Notes: generated by a model from the sequence alone, not told the origin. A DNA stretch of 64,000 bases from Octopus sinensis (GCF_006345805.1 NC_043015.1:17732001-17796000); one strand, 5' to 3'. Shown: positions 48,369-61,192, counted from the stretch's first letter. Made by a program: numbers and translations.

Positions 48369-48608
48369 TATATTATAATAATATAAATATATATATCTAT
48401 ATATATATAATATATATATTATTATATATAATAATATAAATAATATAATATATATATATATATATAATATATTATTATATATAAAAATAAATTATAAAAA
48501 TAAAAATATAAATAATATATATATATTATATATATATATATTATATATAATAATATAAATAATATATATATATATATATATATATTATATTTTTATATAA
48601 TAATATAA

Positions 48609-48645
<37 letters not shown>

Positions 48646-48881
48646 TATTTATATATAATAATATAATAATATATATATATTATATATATATATATTATTT
48701 ATATATAATAATATAAATAATATATATATATATCTATCATATTATTTATATATAATATATAATAATATATATATATATATATATTATTTATATAATAATA
48801 TAAATAATATATATATATATATATATTTATTATAATAATAATAAATAATATATATATATATATATTATTTATATTATTATT
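47265..48881. repeat. AT-only palindromic minisatellite ((TA)n-ATTATTTATA-TATAATAA-TATAAATAAT) interrupted by a SINE
   Basis: The unit is self-complementary (ATTATTTATA/TATAAATAAT) and repeated many times on both sides of the SINE. Confidence 0.85.
47687..48095 (+). mobile_element. tRNA-derived SINE, full-length young-looking copy
   Basis: GGCGCAGGAGTGGCTGTGTGG (A box), GGGTTCAGTCCC (B box), central (TA/TG)n, (AAGAGTA)n tail. Confidence 0.93.
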
Positions 48882-50749
48882 TAATTGAAAGCCACGCATC
48901 CATTTCCAAGTAAGTCTATCTTAACCTTTCTGATGCAACTCTACTCTATACTGTTTTCTTCTCTCATCCTTCTCTGATTCCCTTTTTCTTCCCTTTCACC
49001 ATTTTCTATCTCTCTTTCACTCTTTCTCTTTTTCTCTCTCTCATTGCTCACACATGATCATCGTCCATCTTTCTTTTCCTGCAAGGACGTTCAAAGGACT
49101 GGACATTTTCTTTTTCTCTCTCTTCTCTCTTTCCTCTACAAAGAAAATATTTCTCCCAGCATTCACTATTTTCCTCTCATTCTGGTCTAACAACCCTCTA
49201 TAAATCTTAAATTTTATTTTGAAATTTATGGGAGCAACTGTCTTTGAAGACTCATATTGTCATTGAATGCTTGAAATGAGGAGTAGATAGACAGCCGACA
49301 ACTGATGAAGATTCATTCTCTGTGTTTACCTGTTTTCCATTTTTTCTCATTGTTTGCGTATGTAACTTGCTTTGTTTTCTTATTTCATGTTGTTTATGTT
49401 GGTGACGTCCTGTACTCATATATGCATATGTATGTATGTGTATATATATATATAAAGTAACAATTGAAGGACAGGTGTCAATTCATTACAGCCATTTCTA
49501 ATGAATTTTTTAATTGATTAATGAGTACATTATATCATTATAAAAAACCATTTTCTTCAGATGAATACATGAATTTTACAATCAAGGACATTTAACATAA
49601 TTTTAAATAATTTAAAATCTCCAGCAACATACATATTCAATGATTCTGCCACTAGTTCAGTTGCAAATGAGCTTACCAAAACAATGTACATTCAATCAGT
49701 TCAGCGAGGGGTGGGATTTCAAAAAATATAGGGGTTAGTTGGCTTATTATCGAGGGGGAAGGAGTGACTTCCAGTGACCTAATTGTCTCCATTCTCAACA
49801 ACAGAGGAAGAAGTGGCTCCATTTATCTAAGAAGAGGTTTATTGTCCACTGAAAAGGAGTAAGAATCAATGATTCATGATCATACCAACCTACTTAATTA
49901 TTAAGGTCATTTGTGATGGAGCCAAAATATCAGACTTAATCACTGCTACCAGACAAAGAAGAGGGGAGTGAAAAGGAGAAGATAAATGAAAATAAGAAAG
50001 CAGCCAATCTTAACATTTTACTAATTACCATTATACTAATATAGAAAAGAATTTAGAAGAATAAAAGAATAGAGAAGACAGGGTTTTAGTGGTAAAGGGG
50101 TAGAAAGGCCCTAAAACATGACTTTGGAAATCATTGAATGGGAATAAAGAAATATCATATAAAGTAGCAAAACTATGATATCATAACAATAAGAAATATA
50201 AAGATACTAAAAATATTTTTAAATATTTTAAAAAGCAAAATTGAAAAGATTTTGAAATTGTACACTGTAATTATGGGAGGATAAAGTTATAGTATGAAAA
50301 ATAATGTTAATACTAATAAATAAATAATAAGTAGATGTTATACACAAAATATATCATAGAAAGGGGTGGAAAATGTAAAACATAATCCACTGGATAGATA
50401 AAGTGTAAAAAAGATTGTCTTATTAAACAGTTTGATACCTAGTGAGAATTATATGCATAAATGTATACAGATCTTTTGATCATAAATATATATTCAGATA
50501 TACTTAGGGGTAACAGAAAGTAAATCGTATTACAGTAATATTAGAGATGTAATATTTTGGTATAGGTTATAAGGATTCATAGTATAAAAGGGAAAGAGGA
50601 GATAAATGTGATCCTCATGAATCTCCACCAGTCATCCAGCAGCTATTAAAATCTAGTATTTAGTTGTGTTTCTCTCTTGAAGAAGTACAGGTTTAATAAG
50701 TAAACTATAGTTATGATAAAATACTAAGTAAATGAAGAATAAATAGAAC

Positions 50750-52916
50750 AAGTAAATTTCCTATTATAGAATAATACTCTACAAACAAAGAATAATTAGT
50801 TTCATATAAGTTATAAAGCATCAAATCTCGAGAAAGGACTATATATAAAACATATTAAAGAACACTTGATTAACTATGCATTATATCCCACTTTATGCTG
50901 AATTTAATATTATTATCCTTGAGTTCCCAGATCTTCATAGTTAATGACATGCTATTGGCTTTATGCCTAAGTTTAAAAGATGAAAAATGGTTATGCAATC
51001 GTTTTTTATATCTACTGAGCACCTGATATTAATAAAGTTATATGTCATAACTGTACATCTATATATTACACTCTTTGCTAAGCATCAATTTAATAGTGGA
51101 CAATGGGAACCTGTCCTTACAATTACATTTGCTGTTTTTAGCACTAGATTTCACTTTTATATTACTTTCAATCATAGAATCATCATCAGGGATACTACTA
51201 ATGTCCATAGAGTTAGTATCAGAGGTTATGTCTACACTACTTTGGTTAATATTAGGCCTATTACCCCACAAGTTATGGTTAGTATTGTCAGGGGTTATGT
51301 AATCAACATATACAGATTGCATGTAGGATGAAGAGGGTACCACTGGTGGTCCACTGGCATCCCTTTACCCATTCATCTGGTTCCAACTACTACTAACTGA
51401 AGTTGGATCAGCAGCATTTTTATAAGCACATGATTTCAATCAAGTGCAAGTGCTTGGTTCCCACTATATTTATTATTCACAGCCCCATCTTGTTTACTAT
51501 TCTTATTCATATTACTCTCCATATTAGGTGTACTCATATTAGGGTTGCTAGACTTACAATTATTAAACAAATCCCTATTTATAGGGTTACAGGGAAATTT
51601 AATACTATTGATATTCATGTCATTAAGTTTATTAAAAGTTTTAGTAGGGCCTATATTAATATTACTATTATCAATATTATCACTACAGGCCAGTGTCATA
51701 TTTTTCCTATTCAGGCCAGTTTTATTGTACCCAGATTAGGCAGGGTAGAATAGGAGACTCTAATATTCCAACATGAAAATAATCTACTATATTTATGTGA
51801 AGGAGGGAAATTTTTCTCTAATATTTTCAGAAATTTTCTATACAGATTAGTGGTTATTGCACAATTGAAACGCGGAGTATACCAGATTATGTCACCCTTC
51901 TGTGCATTCTTACTTTTGAGCAAGTTCCCCTTACCAGGCCTCTGGTTAGTTCCCAACCTTTGCAATACATGCTTGTTTATGTTATTACCATAAATATTTA
52001 CAATATATTTACAGCTAGTATTGACCTCGTTTTTTCCGTCCAGTTCTTCACTTTTAGTGTGCTTATAAGATGCCATTTTACCTCTATCATCCGATCTATT
52101 ATTGCTATAATTCTGGCAAATGATTCAATTTGGTCTACAAAGAACACCTCTACTAGATCTATATGTTAGTTTTCTTAGATCTATGTTCATTCCTATCAAG
52201 TTCAGAGGATTCAGTTGGATTTTTATAATGGTCAATATTCCTATATTCTTGGTTTATTTTATCACTCAATTTAGTCTTAATGATCTGACTATTTGCTAAT
52301 TTGTTATCATAGGTGTTCATATTGTCAGAATTTTCAAAGATATCTTGTTTATGTCCCACCTTGGATAGAGCAGAATTGTAAAAATGGGAATAGGAATTGA
52401 ATTTACCTACATTAGCTGATAATTGCATAATCCTTTGTGAAATTACCATTGCTAATGACATTAAAACAAAAGTGGGGTCATTTGAAGATCTATTCACATA
52501 TCAAGTAACTTTCTCCAGTATTCTGTATGGATAGTATAAACCAGAATTCAGATTTAATGTTGCATCTAAGAAATGTACTACTTTGGTGTCATATTCAAAA
52601 GTAAGGTCCAAGTTAAAGTTTCTAAACAAATTTCCTAATTTTTTTACATGTTCTTTTGTGACAACCCTACTATTATTTGGTATAACAAACAACATGTCAT
52701 CCCTATAAAGACCACCAAGTACATCAGGGAACTGTCTACTAAGACAGTGCAGGAGGGTAGGGTCCAACTCAATGGCCAAGTCGCTTTAACCAATGGTGAT
52801 ATCACAATTATCAGGGGTATCGCTTCTCATCCATAGTTTACCTTCAAATTTGATTATAATTTTCCTAGCTAAAAGGATTATATGCTCAGTTGATTCAAAT
52901 TAACTGCATGCATAAC
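50750..52916 (-). mobile_element. Decayed Penelope-like element: RT (YRDD), linker and GIY-YIG
   Basis: GGLYRDDML...VVHFLDATLNLNSGLYYPY (52501-52779). NRSSNDP...ISQRIMQLS. IIWYTPRFN..ITTNL..FL..L.KNFP..HKY..LF...IRVSYSTLPN. KCNCK..PL and IYRCTV...KRLHNHFSSF at ~50950-51100. Confidence 0.85.
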
Positions 52917-52995
52917 CAATTTTTAGATGAATACCAGCCTTGGTATTCATTCTGCCAATACTTCTGTACCAAGGTTGGTATTCATCTAAAAATTG
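52917..52995. repeat. 79-nt hairpin: 29-bp arms, 21-nt loop
   Basis: CAATTTTTAGATGAATACCAGCCTTGGTA (52917-52945) versus TACCAAGGTTGGTATTCATCTAAAAATTG (52967-52995), with a single G:T pair. Confidence 0.92.
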
Positions 52996-53132
52996 TTGTG
53001 TGTGCTTTATTCTGACCTAACTAGGCGCCTTAACTATAAGTATCTTATTCAACGGAATCTTGTTTATATTATGTGTGTGTGTGTGTATACACACACAAAC
53101 ACATATGTACATATGCGTGCACACACACACAC

Positions 53133-53891
53133 ATTAAAGGATAAGGAAAAAAAAAACCAAAGCAGGACGTGTATTTCTGGTCAGTTAGAATATTTAATTA
53201 GAGTAAAGTGAATCAAAAGTGGAGAAGTAGAAGTAATTAACCCTTTTGTTACCAACCCGGCTGAAACCAGCTCTGGCTCTGAGTACAATTGTCTTGTTTT
53301 CATAAGTTTTGAATTAAAATTTTCCACCAAACCTTTTATGTTCCTAACACTAGCTGAATGATAACTAAGTTATTTTATCAAATTCTTTTATATATTTAAA
53401 GTAATTGAAAGAAACACCGAACATCTCAAAATAAATATAGTAACAAAAGGGTTAATGTCTTACAGCTATTTTCAGGATATCCCAGGTTATGGGTCAATAT
53501 GTCCATACATTGGTTTATTCCGTCATCAAAAATGTGTGTATGCAGGAATGTTCAAGACAGAGAATTCACAGTATATAAAATAATAAAACAGTAGATAGAA
53601 GAATAAAGACAGGAGAATAAAGGTATGGAGGTTAGTCCATATTTCCATGGACTAACTTCCATACCCTCTGGAACAAGATGAATTGTGAACTTTATTCTCC
53701 TATCTACTGTTTTATTCTTTTAAATACTGTGAATTCTCTGTCTGGAACTTTCCTGCATACACACCTTTCTGATGACGGATATCCCAGAAACATTCTACTT
53801 CTCCATTTTTGATTCACCTTATTCTAATTAAATATTCTAAATGACCTGAGACACATGTCCTGCCTTGGTTTTGCTTTCCTTTTCCTTTAAT
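53133..53891. repeat. Large foldback element (6-nt loop at 53641-53646)
   Basis: Outer arms ATTAAAGG...AAAGCAGGACGTGT...GGAGAAGTAGAA / TTCTACTTCTCC...ACATGTCCTGCC...CCTTTAAT. Middle arms CCGTCATCA...GTAGATAG / CTATCTAC...TGATGACGG. Inner stem 19 bp with one G:T. Confidence 0.88.
53241..53451. mobile_element. piggyBac-type MITE (211 bp)
   Basis: TTAA at 53237-53240 and 53452-53455. 12-bp TIR CCCTTTTGTTAC / GTAACAAAAGGG. Confidence 0.85.
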
Positions 53892-54099
53892 ATATACCTC
53901 CTGACTTGGAAGCCTTATACAGATCCCTAGCTCCAGCCTCAGCTGTGAACTTAGAACCTAATGGATGACTAATTATAGCACTTAAGCAGCATACCTATTG
54001 GTATTGATCATCAGCGAACTAAACCCCTCATATGTACATATATACACCACCATGGAGTGTGTGTGTGTGTGTGTGTATAGATATATATATATATATATA

Positions 54100-55712
54100 A
54101 CGAGTACAGTGAAGAATTCCGGGTAGAGGTTGGGGTCCACCAAGGTTCAGTCCTTAGTCCCCTCCTATTTATCATAGTCCTCCAGGCAATAATGGAGGAA
54201 TTCAAGACAGGATGCCCCTCTATGCTGATGACCTTGCTCTAATTGCTGAGTCACTATCAGAACTGGAGGAGAAGTTTCAGGTGTGGAAGCAAGGTTTAGA
54301 ATCGAAGGGCCTTAGAATCAACCTAGCCAAAACCAAAGTCCTAATAAGTAGGAAGGTAGACCAATCACAAACGCCTTCTGGTAGATGGCCCTGTTCAATC
54401 TGTAAAATAGGCGTAGGTAGAGACTTCTATAAGGTGCACCAAGTGTAAGCTATGGACACATAAGAGATGTAGCAATGTCAAAGGAAGGCTAACTAGGAAA
54501 ATAGTTTTTATCTGTGGCAGATGCTCAGGAGCAATAAACACTGAAGATGTGCAGAGACCAACTTCTACCACGTTCCAGGGAGAAAAACTAGAAGTAGTTG
54601 ATAGCTTCCGCTACCTAGGTGACCAAGTCAGTAGCGGGGGTGGGTGTGCTGAAAGTGTAACTGCTAGAGTAAAAATAGCCTGCGCAAAGTTCAGAGAGCT
54701 CTTACCCCTGCTGGTGACAAAAGGCCTCTCACTCAGAGTAAAAGGCAGACTGTATGATGCATGTGTACGTACAGCCATGCTACATGGTAGTGAAACATGG
54801 GCTGTGACTGCTGAGGATATGCGTAAGCTCGCAAGAAATGAGGCCAGTATGCTCCGATGGATGTGTAATGTCAGTGTTCATACTCGACAGAGTGTAAGTA
54901 CCTTGAGAGAAAAGTTGGACCTAAGAAGCATCAGTTGTGGTGTGCAAGAGAGACGTTTGCGCTGGTATGGTCATGTGACGAGCATGGCTGAAGATAGTTG
55001 TGTGCAAAAGTGCCACACCCTAGCAGTTGAGGGAACCTGTGGAAGAGGAAGACCTGGGATGAGGTGGTGAAGCACGATCTTCGAACTTTAGGTCTCACCA
55101 AGGAAATGACTAGAGACCGAGACCTATGGAAGTATGCTGTGCGTTGAGAAGACCCGGCAAGACTAGTGAGAACATAACCTGTGGCCTACATACCTTTCCT
55201 TCTTGGGACACAAAACTCCACTTGTGAAGACCCGTTGAGGCAAGTGAAAATCAAAATCAAAATCAAACCCGATATCAGAAAGCAGAACCAAAATCGAACT
55301 CGATCAACATCAATGGAAATTGCAGCTGTGGTACCAGTGCCGATGACAAGTAAGCGAACCATCCGATCGTGGCCGTTGCCAGCGCCGCCCCGACTGGCCT
55401 CCGTGCCGGTGGCACATAAAAGCACCATCCGTTTGTGTCCATTGCTAGCCTCACCTGGCCCCCATGCCGGTGGCACGTAGCACCATCCATTCGTGGCCGT
55501 TGTCAGCCTTGCCTGGACCCCGTGCCGGTGGCACGTAAAAGCACCATCCATTCGTGGCCGTTGCCAGCCTCGCCTTGCCCCCGTGCCGGAGGCATGTAAA
55601 AAGCACCATCCGATCGTGGCTGTTGCCAGCCTCGCCTTCTGGCTTCACAGACCCCAGTTGAACTGTCCAACCCATGCTAGCATGGAAGGTGGACGCTAAA
55701 TGATGATGATGA

Positions 55713-55716
<4 letters not shown>
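54100..55716 (+). mobile_element. 5'-truncated RTE LINE (same family as the 30-kb copy)
   Basis: GVHQGSVLSPLLF, LYADDLAL, ORF 54549-55070, 3'UTR with ~55-bp subrepeats (AAGCACCATCC..TCGTGGCCGTTGCCAGCCTCG) and (ATG)n tail. Confidence 0.93.
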
Positions 55717-55803
<87 letters not shown>

Positions 55804-55821
55804 TATATATAGATAGATAAG

Positions 55822-57050
55822 TATTGGGTCATCCCATACATAATATGGTTTTTAATACTTCTTTTATTTTTCAGAATTAAGATAAACGAAGTTCTTTTTT
55901 AATCTGAAATATACTCTCCTTCATTTTCTACAATGCTATTCCATCTATCTGATAGGCTTGCAAGGCTCTTCTTTCAAAATGCACTTGTCTATAATGAAAA
56001 ATATTCCTCCAGTTCTGTTCTGACCTCGTTTACAGAATTCATATTTTTTCCGTCCAAGTGATTTTGAAGACTGCAGAATAAATGATAATCAGATGGGGCA
56101 ATGTCCAGCATTTGGAATGTTATCCTTGCTGTATGTAGCCAAGCATTATACTGATGGAAGAAAACCTTTTGTCTTGAAACCAAAGATGGTCGTTTTTCTT
56201 CTTGCACTCACTTAAGCCACTCGGGCTGCTCACAGTAGATCTCCTTTGTTATCATTTGGTTTGGGTCTAAAAGTTCAAAGTGGACCAAACCTTTCATATC
56301 CCACCAAACAGATAACAACACCTTACATAGGTGAAGACCTTCTTTAGCCTGGGTTGCCGATGTTTCTCCTGTCTCTATTCACTGTCTTTGGCACTTGACA
56401 TTTTTATAGAGAACCCATTTCTTGTCACCAGTCACTATTCGGTCTAAAAAGGGTTCATTCATGAGATGTAACAGCAAAGAAGAGCACACATTCCCTCTCT
56501 GTACATGATTAGACTCGAAAAGTTTGTGAGGAAGCCACTGACTCAATTTTCTGACTTTTCCGATGGCACGCAGGTGTTGATGAATGATTGAATGACCAAA
56601 TCCAAGCTTCTCTGCTAGTTCCTCAATAGTTAAGATTTTGTTCCACCAGGGTTTGCAGGACATCTTTGTCGAGCTCTACTGATCTTCCAGGACAAGGCTC
56701 ATCTTCTAGGCTGTAGTTTCCAGCTTGGAATTTCTGGAACCACTGTTGGCACTGGCTTACGCTTATTATCCGATCCCCATATACTGCATTAATATTCCTC
56801 ACACCTTCCATTGCATTGTTGCCCTTATTGAATTCATAAAACAAAATATGCTGAATATGTTCCTTTGTCCCTTCCATTATAGCTTTGAAAAAATAACTGT
56901 TAAAATCAAACTGCACTCTTTAAAACTTGCACTAAGAATAAATACAAGGTAAAATTACTACCTGCTTTTATTGCAAGTTCATGCATGTCATCTATCTCAT
57001 CTCCCTCTGACTTTTAGTTCATGCAACTGAAAAAATTGCATTATTTACAT
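55822..57050 (-). mobile_element. mariner (DD34D-type) transposon, decayed
   Basis: MEGTKEHIQHILFYEFNKG...WFQKFQAGNYSLEDEP; WLPHKL; FLDRIVTGDKKWVLY; DIAPSDYHLF. TIR TA|TTGGGTCATCCCATA at 55822 and a partial inverted AAAAAATTGCATTATTTA at ~57030. Confidence 0.88.
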
Positions 57051-57055
57051 ATGTA

Positions 57056-58227
57056 CCAGGCTTTGCAATAGTCCTGTTACACTCAGTCTTGGGTCTTTCA
57101 AGAAGTTTACACGTGTGATAAAAAAAAGGGCCATGAAACATAAAGAACTACTTTTCCTTCATGTATTATCAAAACATCTTTTCCATTGTGTGCAGTTGTA
57201 TCAAGATGGCAGTGTAAAGAATCATGATCTCTGCTCTCTTGTGTATGGGCCACAACAAGTATGACATCGCCAAGCAGCTCAATGTCAGTCGGATGACTGT
57301 CCACAAGAATGAGAAAGACCTCAAAGGTCGACTTCAATTAGGCAAACCTCAAGTTGTCAACTGTTTGACAGTGAGAAAAGCCTTTGAAAGTGATCCAAAG
57401 CTCAAAATGATTGTGCTCTCAAAAAAATAGCAACAACATTTTGGTGGTCACCATGTCTGGATCCATCAAGGAGGAAGATGGCAAGAGCTTGAGGTGCGTG
57501 GAAAGGCCTTTGTTCACCCACTGTATGTGAGAACAACGTCAGGAGTGTTGTCATTACCTTCTCAATGATTTGATGTGTCATGGCAATTGAATTCTCATTT
57601 TTCTGATGAAAAACCTTAATGCTCGATCTGGTTGTCAACAAGCAGGATGACTGCATAGTCAACTTCAGCCAGGACATCTCCGCGGTCTGCTACATATCTA
57701 TAACCAAGTACCCAGCCTTTGTGATGATGCTTGGCATCATGGCTTTGAATGGCAAGAAGATGATGTCAGTGTGGTTTGCAGCCAACTACAGGGATATCTT
57801 GCCAATGAAAGTCCTGTTCTGAGTGAGAAAGATCATAAAGAAGGTGGGCTACATCTTTCAGCAGGATGGTGCCCCAGCCCACACTGCCAAGGTCATGATA
57901 GAGTGGTTGGGGTTGAACATGAATTCTGGTCACTGTAGTCACCCAACCTCAACCCCCTAGACTACAGCATGTAGGCACATGTTGAGGGCAAGGCCTGCCA
58001 CAGCAATGTCAGTGAACTGAAGTTCGCTGTCAACTGCATGTGGGGCAGCATGAGGAAGGACTTTGTCCACAATGTGTGTGCAGCCTTCAGGTCTTGCCTG
58101 GAGTGCATGCTTGCCACCAAGGGTGACCACATTAACTAATATTAATATTTAAACAGAGATTTAACTGCATCAAAACTATTGTTGTCTTTTGTTGAGAGTG
58201 ATGTAACCAGACTTTTGCAAAGCCCAG
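57056..58227 (+). mobile_element. Tc1/mariner (maT/DD37D-like) transposon, decayed
   Basis: TA TSDs at 57054 and 58228. Imperfect TIR CCAGGCTTTGCAATAGTCCTGTTACA / TGTAACCAGACTTTTGCAAAGCCCAG. Motifs FSDEK, TKYPAFVMMLG, FQQDGAPAHTAK, SPNLNPLDYS. Confidence 0.85.
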
Positions 58228-58651
58228 TATATATATATATATATGCATTTATTTTACAGACATTTCTCTCCCCACTCTCTCTATGATATGTACGAGTACA
58301 TATATAGTGAGAATTTACAAAAAAACAAAAGATGAAGACGGGTGTGTAAACAACAAACAGATGTATTAGTTTAACACTCAAGAAGTTTCGAGTCATATAT
58401 ATATATATATATGTATACATACATACTCTCATACACATGCATATTTTTGTACATCTGTGCATGTGCATAATGTGTTATCCTATACTTGGAAAAGGAAATA
58501 AGAGTCTGTAATAGCAAGTGCAAGCAAAGAAAAAGGACTAAAATGAAAGGAAAAAGTGAAACTATATTGTCCACATAGCATTTATATATATGTTATGTGA
58601 ATGATAATATTTTGAAAACAAAAGTGTTTAATTTTTAATATCAGATATATA

Positions 58652-58698
<47 letters not shown>

Positions 58699-59786
58699 TG
58701 TGTGTGTGCATGCATGTGTGTGTGTGTGTGTGCATGTGTGTGTGTGTGTGTGCATGTGAGAGAGAGATGGAAAGAGAAAAACTGATAAAGTAAATACAGT
58801 TTACGATAAAAATTCAAAGAAATTTGGAGTTTATCAGTATCTTCAGAGCAAAGCCTTTAAAAGCCTTGTCTACTTTAGCATCTCTCATTGTCACCCACTC
58901 CTACTCCGTATGTTGTTTTACTCTTCTTTCTCTACAATATGACTGACAGGAAACACTTTCGCATTTTATCATATATGTATAAATATATAGTTCACACACA
59001 CTGGTCATGTTAATTTTGGGTATCAGTATTTCTGAGATCCATGTTCCAATGTTTGAAATTTCCCTTACTTATCAGAAAACATTCAGGCAAATGGTAACCT
59101 TTGCAAAGATAAGGCTTTCTAGCAGGATCTCCTCAGAAACAACAATTTCCTTCATGGGATGTAGAAGGGTGGATTATAAACACAAAGCCTGATTACTTGG
59201 GAGTTGAGATATTCCAATCTATTCTTCTTAAGTACTCATTACAGCCTTATGGAAGGCAGTGAAATGTGGGGAGGGGCAGGAAGTGCAACTATTTGTAATA
59301 ATTGTCTCTCACAGATGGAGTAGGAATGTAGTGAATTGGTTAACCATCAAGTTTCATTTGTGCATTATTATAAAATCAAGGGCAGAGTAAACAAAGGGTT
59401 GTGAGAATGAATGGTGTTAGATTAAGTGAGCCATTGTTAGTAGGTGGCCTTGTAACTTTATATTTCAATAGCTGTAAACAGTATCTTACAGCTCCCAAGC
59501 CTTTCCTTCTTTTCTCCTACTTCTCATTTAACCTTTGTAAATCACCAACCCCTCCATACCTTTTGTTTTTACAAGATTTTTTCTAATCTTTACCAAATCT
59601 CCCTCTGATCACTCATCTACTCAATCTATGTTTAGTCATTATCTTAAATATAATGTGTGTGTGTGTGTATATCAGTCTTATGTATTTGTGTACACACACT
59701 TTCTCACATACACATTTGTCTCTACATATGTGTATGCTCATATATACATTATATATTATATATCATATATATATATATATAAAGAC

Positions 59787-60180
59787 ATGACTGTATGGTT
59801 ACTTGAGAAGCTTACTTCCAAACCATATGCTCTTGAGTTCCATCCCACAAAGTAGCACCTAGGACAAGTGTCTTCTGCTACAGCCCTGAACTGACCAAAG
59901 CCTTGTCAGTTGATTTGGTTGATGAAAGCTGTCTTATATATGTGTGTGTGTGTGTTTGTATTTACCCTTGTTTTGACATCATGTAATGGTTGTAAGTGAG
60001 CATCATTGTCATTCAAGCAATGTTGTTCATTTCCACTCTTCTGTGCAAAACATGTCTGGCATGGGAAATATTACTTTGCTTTGAAACAGTGAGGGTTGAT
60101 GACAGGAAGGGCATCCACTTACAAAAGATCTGGATCCACAAATTCTGTCTGATACATGCAGGCATGGGAAAGTGAATGTT
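59787..60180 (+). mobile_element. Old tRNA-SINE with RTE-like tail
   Basis: Diverged head (GACAAGTGTCTTCTGCTACAGCCC..ACCAAAGCCTTGT), (TG)n, and GACAGGAAGGGCATCC tail. Confidence 0.65.
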
Positions 60181-60374
60181 AGGGAGAAAGGAAGCGATTT
60201 AATATTTTCTTGTATCAATTATTACTACACTTGATAAAATCCTATTACTTGTTTGTAAATAATTTAGTTAATTGAACCATTTCTGATTAGTTTCAGTTGT
60301 CACACTGTGCTGTTCCTTGTAGGTGTGACAATCACAATCATCTTAGGTAATTATAGTATTTTCTTTTTTTTCAG

Positions 60375-60827
60375 ATATTGACACTGATATTTTTGACTCC
60401 AACCATGGTGCACTTGATCTTTCTCAAAAGAACTATTCTCCAGCACAGATCATTATAAAACAGGAACCATCAGAAAAGGAAAAAATTGCCAACAGTACCA
60501 GAGCTAACAATAATACCAACACAGCAACTGTTGCAAATATTACTAACATTATCAGCAACAATAGCAACAGTTGTAATAACATTATCAGTGCTATAAATTC
60601 TAACATCACAAATATCAGCGAGGATGACAATAATATCATCAATGACAGTAACTCTATTGACAGCCCACTTTCAAACAGCACTACTCTGCCCACTTCCAAT
60701 GTTCAGCCAACACTGATATTTAGCACAACAACCAGCTGTCCAGTGAAAACAGAGACCCCAATTTTACCAAACATATCAATAAAATCAGAACCTACAGAAT
60801 TTATGGATACTAGTTCAGATCATTCAG
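60375..60827 (+). CDS. CREB3L1/2: Internal exon of a CREB3L1/2 (CrebA/OASIS-type) bZIP gene; Asn/Ser/Thr-rich activation region
   Basis: Polypyrimidine TTTTCAG acceptor, then 453 nt open in phase 1-1 (IDTDIFDSNHGALDLS...IKQEP...VKTETP...IKSEPTEFMDTSSDHS), then a GT donor. Joins in frame to the next exon. Confidence 0.75.
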
Positions 60828-61192
60828 GTATATCTCTCTTTTCATACTCCTATTCCTTACATAATTTAATGCTAGAATTCCAAATATAATATTTATGGAT
60901 TCAAAACTACTGGCTTTGATTGTTCTCTTATGAAAGCTGATTTAAGTTTCACCAAATCAAAAACGGTTTCCAGTTGAACAAGACTGTGAAACTGTGGCAA
61001 AACTATTTACAGTTTAATTAAATAAACTATTGTTAATGACTGGCTCATGGAAAATAACCCAGAGAAAGTACCTGCATATTAAAATCAACTAAATAATTTG
61101 TTTTGTGGGGTTTATTTATTTTTGACATTTTCCTTTGACTTATTACACCATGCTCAATACTAACCTAGTACACTTAATTTGTTGTTATTTAG

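Noticed and set aside
49295-49330. CTGATGA hammerhead core
   Set aside because: No stem II, GAAA or cleavage triplet follows.
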